From Nanobdellota archaeon (GTDB lineage Archaea; Nanobdellota; Nanobdellia; Woesearchaeales; JBHPFW01), in the NCBI GenBank assembly GCA_042571645.1, contig JBHPFW010000004.1, positions 20,430 through 84,429 of the forward strand: a stretch of DNA of 64,000 bases, given 5' to 3'. Shown one piece after another: positions 53,834 to 62,113 of this stretch. The notes below the pieces were generated by a model, which saw only the letters and a program-made list of their open reading frames with translations, made no database searches and was not told the DNA's origin. A program made the position numbers and the translations under genes. Numbering within the stretch: position 1 is the stretch's first letter; each line of letters begins with the position of its first letter.

Positions 53834-55384
53834 ATGGCCAACAAGCTAATATCCAGAGTTTTTATTATCGCTGTCTTTATATTGATATTCTTAGCTACTG
53901 TGATTTCTGCAAATGCTGCTGATGTGGCAGTTATTTTAGAGATGAATGACGGCAAAGTATATACTGATTGTGTGGATGTTTCAAATGATGCTAAGGCAAA
54001 GAACGCCATATCAAAGTTTGCTTCAAATCTAGGAAATGTTTCAATTTCTTTTAATGGTTCTTCTATATCTTCTATTAATGGTGTTGACAGTGGTTCTTCA
54101 AATGCATGGGGTGTTTTTTATGCAGATGATGATCTTGAGAAATTTGAAACCAGAAATGGAGACATAAATACTGAAGAGGTAGAGGATTCTGATATTTTAG
54201 GAATATCCTATACAACTTTTTCTGGTTCCACTCCAAATACGCCTCCTAGTTTCAAGAGTTTTGTAGATGTTTGTAAACATATTAAATTTGATGATTTAGA
54301 TGTAAAGTCAACTGATCAAGATAATAATGATGATGAGGTAAAACCTTATGAGGTTGTTGAGATTGAGGTGACGTTTGAAAATCCTCTTTCAGAGACAGAT
54401 GTTGAAGGTGGAGAACTGACAATTCAGTTTGAAGATGAATCAGGCAAAGAACTCAAGGATGATAATGGAAATGAGATAGAATACACTGGAGATATAATAA
54501 TAGATGCTGATGACAAAACAACAATCACATTCAATTTTACCATGCCTGTTGACATTGATAGGAATGAAGAGTATGACATGATAATAGAAATAAAAGACGC
54601 TGAATCTTCTGCAACTGATGATGAATTTGATTTTGATCTTACAAAAGAAAACGTATTCAAGGTAAAAAGAGAAACAGATGATGTTATTATTTATGAAACA
54701 AAAATATCAAAAACGGAGCTTGAATGTGATAGAGACTTCACATTCTTTTATGATATAAAAAACATAGGAACATCTGATCAAGATGATATAAATGTATCTG
54801 TGAGAATTGTTGATATCATAGGGGAAAAAACAGAGTTCTCAGATATTTTCAGTCTTGATGATGATCCCGATAAGACTTTTGAATTCTCAAAGACATATAA
54901 TTTTGAACTTCCTGATGATATTGAGCAAGGCCAATATGATGTAAGATTAAGAATGGATTATGATAATAATAAGTTGCATATAACAAAGAGTCATTTAATA
55001 ACAGCAATAGATTGTGCAGGAGGAGATCAACAGTCAGATCAAGGCTCTGATTCTTCTGATCAAGACAGCAATCAAGATAGTGGTGATGCTGATGATGGCA
55101 GTGATGATGGCAGTGATGATCCGAATGATTCTGGATCAGCAGATTCAACTACTAATACAGGTTCTGGAACATCAGCAGATGATCAAAACCAGGATTCTCA
55201 GTCTTCACAACAACAAAATACTGGAACTTCTAGTTCTGTGATCACAAAGAATTATATTCCTCCAAAAAAGTCAGATGGCTTTGGTATAGGCACAATAGTA
55301 ATTCTAGTAATCCTTGAAGTATTGCTAATAATTGGAGTTGTTTTGGCAGTATACTGGGTAATAACCAAGAGAAAGGATTTTTAG
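53834..55384 (+). CDS. secreted surface protein, paralogous in part to 23300..24670, with an acidic low-complexity stalk and C-terminal TM
   Basis: The signal peptide is MANKLISRVFIIAVFILIFLATVISANA. TTTATATA lies about 30 nt upstream of ATG 53834. The track start at 53687 overlaps the previous gene and is unlikely. Confidence 0.65.
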   Translation: MANKLISRVFIIAVFILIFLATVISANAADVAVILEMNDGKVYTDCVDVSNDAKAKNAISKFASNLGNVSISFNGSSISSINGVDSGSSNAWGVFYADDDLEKFETRNGDINTEEVEDSDILGISYTTFSGSTPNTPPSFKSFVDVCKHIKFDDLDVKSTDQDNNDDEVKPYEVVEIEVTFENPLSETDVEGGELTIQFEDESGKELKDDNGNEIEYTGDIIIDADDKTTITFNFTMPVDIDRNEEYDMIIEIKDAESSATDDEFDFDLTKENVFKVKRETDDVIIYETKISKTELECDRDFTFFYDIKNIGTSDQDDINVSVRIVDIIGEKTEFSDIFSLDDDPDKTFEFSKTYNFELPDDIEQGQYDVRLRMDYDNNKLHITKSHLITAIDCAGGDQQSDQGSDSSDQDSNQDSGDADDGSDDGSDDPNDSGSADSTTNTGSGTSADDQNQDSQSSQQQNTGTSSSVITKNYIPPKKSDGFGIGTIVILVILEVLLIIGVVLAVYWVITKRKDF

Positions 55385-55498
55385 ATAGTTAAAAACCGCA
55401 ACATTTAAATACCAGTTTGTGATCTTAGAGCTTAAATAGTTCTTTAAAGGACTTCTGATGATTAATAATGAATAATAAAAGTAATAAAGGGTGTTAGA

Positions 55499-56137
55499 AT
55501 GGGTGAAGAAGTTTTGAAAACAGGCACTACTACTGTTGGAATTGTCTGTAAGGATGGTGTTATCCTTGCTGCAGATAAAAGGGCTACAGCAGGAAATATG
55601 ATTGTGGACAAAAAAGCCCAGAAGATTCATGAAATAACAGATGCTATGGCTTTGACAACAGCTGGTACAGTGTCAGATATACAATTGCTAGTTAAGCTTA
55701 TAAGAGCAGAGATTTCTTTGAAGAAATTCAGGACTGGAAGAAAACCAACAGTAAAAGAATCAGCTAATCTATTAGCAGGAATGGTTTATCAGAACATAAG
55801 AAAGATGACCTGGATTCCTGGTGTGAGTCATTTCATTCTTGGAGGAAAGGACATATCTGGTTTTTATATTTATGACCTTTTTCCTGATGGAAGCTTAACA
55901 TTATGTGATAAATTCATCTCTTCTGGTTCAGGAAGTGTTTTTGCCTATGGTGTGTTGGAAACATTATATTCATCTGAGCTTAGTGTTGAAGATGGTGTAA
56001 AGCTTGCTGTGAAAGCAGTTAGTGCAGCATTACAGAGAGACTCTGCAAGTGGTAATGGTATTGATGTTGTGGTAATAGATGGAAAGGGTATGAGAAGAGT
56101 GATTGAAAAGGAACTTGAACTAAAATTAGAGGTTTAA
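55499..56137 (+). CDS. psmB: proteasome subunit beta
   Basis: Short propeptide followed by TTTVGIVCKDGVILAAD, with the catalytic Thr. Confidence 0.9.
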   Translation: MGEEVLKTGTTTVGIVCKDGVILAADKRATAGNMIVDKKAQKIHEITDAMALTTAGTVSDIQLLVKLIRAEISLKKFRTGRKPTVKESANLLAGMVYQNIRKMTWIPGVSHFILGGKDISGFYIYDLFPDGSLTLCDKFISSGSGSVFAYGVLETLYSSELSVEDGVKLAVKAVSAALQRDSASGNGIDVVVIDGKGMRRVIEKELELKLEV

Positions 56138-56271
56138 TAGTATAATATTGTAATGATTAATTTTTTTGTTTAAAATTCTGAAAAATTTGGAGTTCATCAA
56201 TCTTTTTGTTTAAATTTTATTTAATCACAGGAAAATAAAGTAGAAATATATAGCAGCGAGAGAAATCTAAA

Positions 56272-58173
56272 ATGGTAGACATAATAAAGGAAATATTAAA
56301 GGACTTGCCAGATGATAAAATAAGCGATGCTGGCTTTGAAGGAGCTAACATAGTTCTTTATACAAAGGATAAAGAATTTTTCCTGGATAATAAGGGAATG
56401 ATTAAAGAGATAGTTGATAAAATAAAGAAGAGAATAGAACTAAGACCTGATCCTTCAATTACTCTGGAGCAGGATAAAGCTCAGGAACAGATAAAAAAAC
56501 TTGTGCCAGAAGATGCTCCTATTGATAATATCATATTTGATCCTCAGCGTTCAAGAGTAATATTAGAAACTGAAAAACCAGGAATTGCAATTGGCAAGCA
56601 AGGTTCTGTTTTGAGAGATATTAGGGAAAAAACAACCTGGGTACCTTTGATAAGAAGAACTCCTGCAATAAGATCTCCAATAATAGAAAATATCAGAGCA
56701 GTTCTTTATCAAAACTCGGATTACAGAAGAAAATTCCTGAATAAAGCAGGCCATAGAATATATGATGGTTGGTTAAGAGAGAAAAAGCATGAATGGATTA
56801 GAACGACTTATCTTGGAGCTGCGCGTCAGGTAGGCAGAAGCGCTATATTATTGCAGACTCCTGAATCAAGAATTTTGCTTGATTGCGGTTTTGATCCTGC
56901 TAAATCTTCAGAGGAAAATGCTTATCCTTTTTTGGAGGCTCCTGAATTCAAGATTGATGAATTAGATGCTATCATAGTTACTCATGCGCATCTTGATCAT
57001 TGCGCTATGGTGCCTTTGCTTTTCAAATATGGATACAGAGGACCTGTTTACTGTACTGCTCCGACCAGAGATATAATGTCTTTGCTTATGCTTGATTTAG
57101 TGAAGATCCAGAGACATGAGGGAAATGACCCAATATATACTTCTGAAGAGATAAAAGAGATGGTAAAACATACAATCTGTCTTGATTATGAAGAAGTTTC
57201 AGATATAACTCCTGATGTCAGATTAACATTGTATAATTCAGGACATACTTTAGGAGCAGCTATGGCTCATCTTCATATAGGTAATGGTTTGCATAACCTT
57301 CTTTATACTGGTGATTTAAAGTTTGCAAGAACAGAACTTTTAGAGCAGGCAGCAACAAAGTTTCCAAGACTGGAAACAGTCATGATTGAGAGTACTTACG
57401 GAGGCAGAGAAAATATTATGCCGTTTAGAGCAGAGTCAGATGCTATGCTTGAAGAGGTTATTAAGAATACTCTTTCCAGAGGCGGTAAAATACTCATGCC
57501 TGTTTTGGGTTCTGGCAGAGCTCAAGAGGTTTTGATACTAATCTATAGACTTATGAATGAAGAAAAAATACCTAAAGTCCCAACATATATTGATGGGATG
57601 GTTTGGGACATTACAGCTATTCATACTGCTTATCCTGAATATTTAAGCAGAAATCTTAGAAAAATCATATTCCACAAAGATCAGAATCCTTTCTTATATG
57701 AAATGTTCAAAAGAGTTGGCAGTCATAAGGAAAGAAAGCAGATAATAGAAGATGAAGGTCCTTGTATAATCTTGGCCACCTCAGGCATGTTAGTTGGAGG
57801 TCCAAGTGTAGAGTATCTGAAGAATCTGGCAGAAAATAAGAAGAATACTCTTATGTTTTCCTGTTATCAGGGAGAAGGCAGTTTAGGCCAAAGAATTCAA
57901 AGAGGAGAAAAGGAAGTAGTGACTGGTTATGATACTACAGGTAAACCAGATGTATTGAAAATTAATTTGGAAGTGTTCAAACTTGAAATCACAAATCATT
58001 CTGATAGAAAGGAGCTTATGAATTTTATTGGCAGGTGTGAACCAAGGCCTAAAAAAGTTATAGTAAATCATGGTGAGAATTCAAGATGCCTAGATCTGGC
58101 TTCTTCAATCCATAAGCAGTATAGGATTGAGACAACTGCCCCTAGAAATCTTGAAGCTATAAGGATAAGGTAA
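56272..58173 (+). CDS. aCPSF1 (KH domains plus beta-CASP metallo-beta-lactamase RNase)
   Basis: N-terminal KH-like region, the HAHLDHCA (HxHxDH) motif, and a 633 aa architecture typical of archaeal CPSF1/FttA. Confidence 0.9.
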   Translation: MVDIIKEILKDLPDDKISDAGFEGANIVLYTKDKEFFLDNKGMIKEIVDKIKKRIELRPDPSITLEQDKAQEQIKKLVPEDAPIDNIIFDPQRSRVILETEKPGIAIGKQGSVLRDIREKTTWVPLIRRTPAIRSPIIENIRAVLYQNSDYRRKFLNKAGHRIYDGWLREKKHEWIRTTYLGAARQVGRSAILLQTPESRILLDCGFDPAKSSEENAYPFLEAPEFKIDELDAIIVTHAHLDHCAMVPLLFKYGYRGPVYCTAPTRDIMSLLMLDLVKIQRHEGNDPIYTSEEIKEMVKHTICLDYEEVSDITPDVRLTLYNSGHTLGAAMAHLHIGNGLHNLLYTGDLKFARTELLEQAATKFPRLETVMIESTYGGRENIMPFRAESDAMLEEVIKNTLSRGGKILMPVLGSGRAQEVLILIYRLMNEEKIPKVPTYIDGMVWDITAIHTAYPEYLSRNLRKIIFHKDQNPFLYEMFKRVGSHKERKQIIEDEGPCIILATSGMLVGGPSVEYLKNLAENKKNTLMFSCYQGEGSLGQRIQRGEKEVVTGYDTTGKPDVLKINLEVFKLEITNHSDRKELMNFIGRCEPRPKKVIVNHGENSRCLDLASSIHKQYRIETTAPRNLEAIRIR

Positions 58174-58198
58174 TTTTGTAATGAAATAACAATCCAAA

Positions 58199-58522
58199 AT
58201 GTCACGAAAAACAAAATGTTTTAATCTTTCTTGGCCTGTGCTTTTATGGTGGTTTTTGTTATCATTACCTGTTATCTTGACTTGGATTGTCAGAATATTA
58301 ATTTTTAGTTCTGAAGGAATAATAGGTCATCTTATTACTTCTGTAATTTTAATTGGTTTGTTTTATTTGTTAAGTTGTTTTTTCTTTGTACTTTCAAAGA
58401 AAAGCAAAATTGCTTTGGTGATTTTTGTAATATTAACAGTTCTTTATTATATCAGTGTATTAATAGCTTTGTTTGTATTGTATATTACAATGGGGGTAAT
58501 ACTTGGCGTAGGGAATGCTTAG
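58199..58522 (+). CDS. small membrane protein (hypothetical)
   Basis: 107 aa with 3-4 hydrophobic helices. Confidence 0.4.
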   Translation: MSRKTKCFNLSWPVLLWWFLLSLPVILTWIVRILIFSSEGIIGHLITSVILIGLFYLLSCFFFVLSKKSKIALVIFVILTVLYYISVLIALFVLYITMGVILGVGNA

Positions 58523-58579
58523 TAAGAAGTTTATTAGAACTAAATATAAAAATTGTAAAAAGAAAAAATTAAATAATAA

Positions 58580-58882
58580 TTACATGATCATTTCTTGTTT
58601 CTCTTCAACCTTTTCAAGAGCTTTTTCTACTTCTTTGTTCTTCATTTCCATTTCTTCATCTTTTTTCGGAGAAGCTTTCTGTCCTGAGCTGAATTCAGCA
58701 TAACCGCATTTTCCACAGACCTTTCTGTCTTTGTGAGATGCCATATAAACTCCTGCCCCGCATTTTGGGCAGCTTTGATTCTTTGGTTTGATTGAGTCGC
58801 CAGAAGTTTCATAAAGCTTTGAAACTCTTAGGGGATCTCCTTTTTTTTCTTCTCCCCCTTTCTTTTTGTCATCTTTTGCCAT
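58580..58882 (-). CDS. rps27ae: 30S ribosomal protein S27ae (eS31) with N- and C-terminal extensions
   Basis: Zinc ribbon CPKCGAGVYMASHKDRKVCGKCGY. Confidence 0.85.
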   Translation of the reverse strand: MAKDDKKKGGEEKKGDPLRVSKLYETSGDSIKPKNQSCPKCGAGVYMASHKDRKVCGKCGYAEFSSGQKASPKKDEEMEMKNKEVEKALEKVEEKQEMIM

Positions 58883-58916
58883 TATGATCTTTCCTCAGTT
58901 TTTTTAATTATGATAA

Positions 58917-59405
58917 TTATTCCTTTTTTTCTTCAGCAGGAGCTTCTGGTTTATCTTCCTTTACTTCTTCCTTTTTCTCTTCTTTAGCTGGCGCTTCTTT
59001 CTTTGCTTCTGGTGCTGATTCCTCTTTTGGAGATTCTTTCTCAGCTGGTTTCTCTTCTTTAGCTGGTGCTTCTTTCTTTGCTTCTGGAGCAGATCCTTTT
59101 GCTGTTTCTGTTTCTGCTTTTTCTTCTTTCTTGCCAGAATGTTTTGCAACAAGCTTTTTGTTCTCGAACTTGTTCAGTTCTTCTTCATTGTTATAAACAT
59201 GCGCAATGACCTTTGCCCATTGCTGGCCAAATCTTGTATATATGTGTTTGAGTATTACAAATTTTTCTTCTGCCTTTATTTTTTTGGCAATTTCCTTTCT
59301 TAAATCAATTCTTGAAGGAGTAGATTTATCATAGTTTACTGAGAATGTAAGTCTTTTTCTCGAGAGCAATGGTGTGTCTCTTTCTTTCAAAAGTTCTATT
59401 TCCAT
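58917..59405 (-). CDS. rps24e: 30S ribosomal protein S24e with a K/E/A/P-rich repeat tail
   Basis: Motifs NPLLSRKR-like TPLLSRKRLTF and HIYTRFG. The tail carries a 75 nt-period repeat. Confidence 0.9.
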   Translation of the reverse strand: MEIELLKERDTPLLSRKRLTFSVNYDKSTPSRIDLRKEIAKKIKAEEKFVILKHIYTRFGQQWAKVIAHVYNNEEELNKFENKKLVAKHSGKKEEKAETETAKGSAPEAKKEAPAKEEKPAEKESPKEESAPEAKKEAPAKEEKKEEVKEDKPEAPAEEKKE

Positions 59406-59412
59406 CTAATAA

Positions 59413-59607
59413 TCACCTAGTCTTTATCGCATATTCTCCATTGATCTTTGCGCCAATTTTCTTGGCAATGTCTGATTTTTCAACATTAACAATTGCAACT
59501 CTTCCTTTGAAAGTATTAACAAATTGGTTGCCGTTGCAAGCAGGACAGTTTGTTTCAGAAGCATCCATGAGATGTTTGCAGTTTTTGCAAGCTTTTTTTT
59601 TGGCCAT
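59413..59607 (-). CDS. spt4: transcription elongation factor Spt4 (RpoE'')
   Basis: 64 aa with zinc ribbon CKNC...CPAC, in the conserved position after rpoE'. Confidence 0.85.
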   Translation of the reverse strand: MAKKKACKNCKHLMDASETNCPACNGNQFVNTFKGRVAIVNVEKSDIAKKIGAKINGEYAIKTR

Positions 59608-59618
59608 TTTAATTCATC

Positions 59619-60200
59619 TTATTTTTTCTTTTCTGTTTTTTTGTCTGATTTTGGGGTTTCTTTTTTTGTACTGTCTTCTTCAAGCCATTCTAATTTTCCA
59701 AGACCTTGTTGTCTCATTGTCAGGCCTAGTTTTGGATTTGTTACATCCTTGAAGCTAGCCGCAATTATTCTGGCTACGCATACATCGCCTACTTTCAGAA
59801 TTCTTTTAGAGTCTTTGCCTGTCAATGTTTTCTCTTTGCTGAAGCTTACAAAGTCATCCATTGTCTGGCTTACATGAACCATCCCTTCAACAGGACCAAT
59901 GTTTATGAATGCACCAAAATCAGCAATGTCTTTGATTTTTCCCAAGCAGACTTCTTGGAGTTCAGGCTTGAAAGTTAATAATTCAAATTCTGTTTCATAA
60001 TAAGCTGCTCCGTCTCCAGGAATAATGATCCCTTCACCTACATCGTTTATGTCTGCCACATCTATGACAACTCCAACATTTTTTGATATAAAGCCGTCAT
60101 ATTTCTTCTTGACTCTTGCAAAAACTGCATCTTTCAGCGGCTTATGGAAGAGTTTTGGCGGTACTCTTATGAAGTCTTTAACATTGGTCTTGTAAAACAT
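59619..60200 (-). CDS. rpoE: DNA-directed RNA polymerase subunit Rpo7 (RpoE')
   Basis: MFYKTNVKDFIRVPP N-terminus and S1 domain motif GKIKDIADFGAFINIGPVEGMVHVSQ. Confidence 0.9.
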   Translation of the reverse strand: MFYKTNVKDFIRVPPKLFHKPLKDAVFARVKKKYDGFISKNVGVVIDVADINDVGEGIIIPGDGAAYYETEFELLTFKPELQEVCLGKIKDIADFGAFINIGPVEGMVHVSQTMDDFVSFSKEKTLTGKDSKRILKVGDVCVARIIAASFKDVTNPKLGLTMRQQGLGKLEWLEEDSTKKETPKSDKKTEKKK

Positions 60201-60295
60201 TTTGGCAAATCCCCCTTTTTGAGTTCTTAAAGTAATTTTGAATTCGACATTTTATTTAAATATGCTTCTTTTTAGATGGAGTTAATGACTTATTT

Positions 60296-60712
60296 TTAAG
60301 GGTTTTGTATTTGGAGGTATTTTTTCTGCCTCAGGCCTATTGTTTTTATGCCTTTTTCTGCTAGTTTGGCCTTGAGTTCTTTGTCCTGAGTGGCTATAAT
60401 GTAGTTATTAGGAGATCTGGAGGTGATTTCGACTAATATTTTATCAACATAGCTTTTTTGTGTTTCTGTTTCTATTATTTTAACTTCTTTGGCTTCTAAA
60501 AGAGCTAAAGCAAGTTTTACAGCCTTCTTATCTCCTCCAGAGCCCTCTTCGGCTATTCCTTTCAATTCTGACTGTGTTTTATCTATAATCGCAATTTCAT
60601 AGGGGAAAAGGCATATTTTGTCAATCTCTTCAAATATATCTACTCCAAATTGAGCTGGTATGAGCAGGAAATTAGTGTCTATAATTATTGTTATCTTTTC
60701 TGTTTGAGTCAT
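60296..60712 (-). CDS. PIN-domain protein (Fcf1/Utp24-like), conserved upstream partner of rpoE'
   Basis: IIIDTNFLL with acidic catalytic residues, and ATQDKELK near the C-terminus. Confidence 0.75.
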   Translation of the reverse strand: MTQTEKITIIIDTNFLLIPAQFGVDIFEEIDKICLFPYEIAIIDKTQSELKGIAEEGSGGDKKAVKLALALLEAKEVKIIETETQKSYVDKILVEITSRSPNNYIIATQDKELKAKLAEKGIKTIGLRQKKYLQIQNP

Positions 60713-60767
60713 TATATCGAAGATATGGGTGCTTGAAGAGGTTTATAAAGGTTATGAAGGCAAGGTA

Positions 60768-61979
60768 TTATTTTACTATTGTAGTGCCCAAGAAGTACTT
60801 TGACAGCCTAGCAACAACTGTGGCGAGAATTATCGAATAAACCAAGAACATCATTGCCACATTTAGTACAGTTTCTAAGCCAACTGTTACAGAACCAGCT
60901 AAAATAGTGAATACAACAACTGCTACAGCAATGCCTTTAGGAACATTCAGGGTCATGAATAATACTTGTTTTATCTTATATTCATTTCTTAATGTGATAT
61001 AGACTGAGACAAATCTAATAAGAAGATATATTGCAAATAATCCTATGCTCTGCAAATAAAACCATGGATCTGGTGTAAGTGTGATAAGCAACCCAACAAA
61101 TACAAAAACCAGAATCTCCAAAAATTTTGAGAAGATAGTTGAGAAATCAAGTATGTGTTCTTTTTGTCTAAGTGTTATCTTGCCAAATAATAATCCCAAT
61201 GTTGTTACAGCCAGCACTCCGCTTCCACCAAGATTTTCTGCTAAAACATGAGCAAGTAATGCAGCAGCAATTATTGCAATAGGTGAAAGTTGGTCTGAGT
61301 ATTTTGCTCTCATTGCTTTGAATACAATTAATCCAACCAGCACACCTGCTCCTAACCCAGCAATTATCTGCTGCAGGAATGATACGAATTCATATGTAAT
61401 AAAACTTGAAAGTCCATCTGAAATAGCTGAAGTTCCAGCGCTAATATCATTCATTAGACTTAACAGCAATAGAGGGATGATAACTGTGACTGGTGTGTTG
61501 ATTAAAGCTTCAATCTTAAGAAGTTCAATAACTTTATTTTTGCTTTCTGCCATTAATGTAAGAACAACACTTGGAGAAGTACCAGTCATCAAGCTTGCAA
61601 ATATTAAAGCAGGTAAAACATTAACTTCAAGAATAAAATAAGCTGCTACTGAAAGAAGTAAAATATTAACAATAAGGAATGTAATAGTGATTTCCAATGA
61701 TCTCAAGAAAAAATCATCTACTTCTTTAAGTTTTAGTTTTGATGTTGAATCAAAGACAATCATAACTAATGCTAAGATAGCAATACTTGTGAGAAATTCT
61801 GTAGGAAACTCAATAAGCTTGCCACCTGCATAGGGTATGTGGTTAATAACTATACCAGTCAGCACCAATAACAGAATATTAGGTATTTTCAGTTTTTGAG
61901 ATATAATAGAGCATAATAGAGCTATAAGAAGTATAACACCCAGATAAGTCAAATACACTAAAGTTGCTGTTGCCAACAA
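60768..61979 (-). CDS. cation:proton antiporter (CPA family)
   Basis: About 11-12 TM helices with an N-terminus (ISQKLKIPNILLLVLTGIVI) typical of Na+(K+)/H+ exchangers. Confidence 0.7.
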   Translation of the reverse strand: MLATATLVYLTYLGVILLIALLCSIISQKLKIPNILLLVLTGIVINHIPYAGGKLIEFPTEFLTSIAILALVMIVFDSTSKLKLKEVDDFFLRSLEITITFLIVNILLLSVAAYFILEVNVLPALIFASLMTGTSPSVVLTLMAESKNKVIELLKIEALINTPVTVIIPLLLLSLMNDISAGTSAISDGLSSFITYEFVSFLQQIIAGLGAGVLVGLIVFKAMRAKYSDQLSPIAIIAAALLAHVLAENLGGSGVLAVTTLGLLFGKITLRQKEHILDFSTIFSKFLEILVFVFVGLLITLTPDPWFYLQSIGLFAIYLLIRFVSVYITLRNEYKIKQVLFMTLNVPKGIAVAVVVFTILAGSVTVGLETVLNVAMMFLVYSIILATVVARLSKYFLGTTIVK

Positions 61980-62113
61980 ACCACCTCTTTTTATGTTATT
62001 TTGAGAGGGTTTATTTATATTTGTTTCTGTTTAAATCTTATAAACTATATTAAGAAAACCTTAAATACAACTTCTGCATACCCTTTGTTATAGCCGCTAA
62101 AACCCCCATAAAG

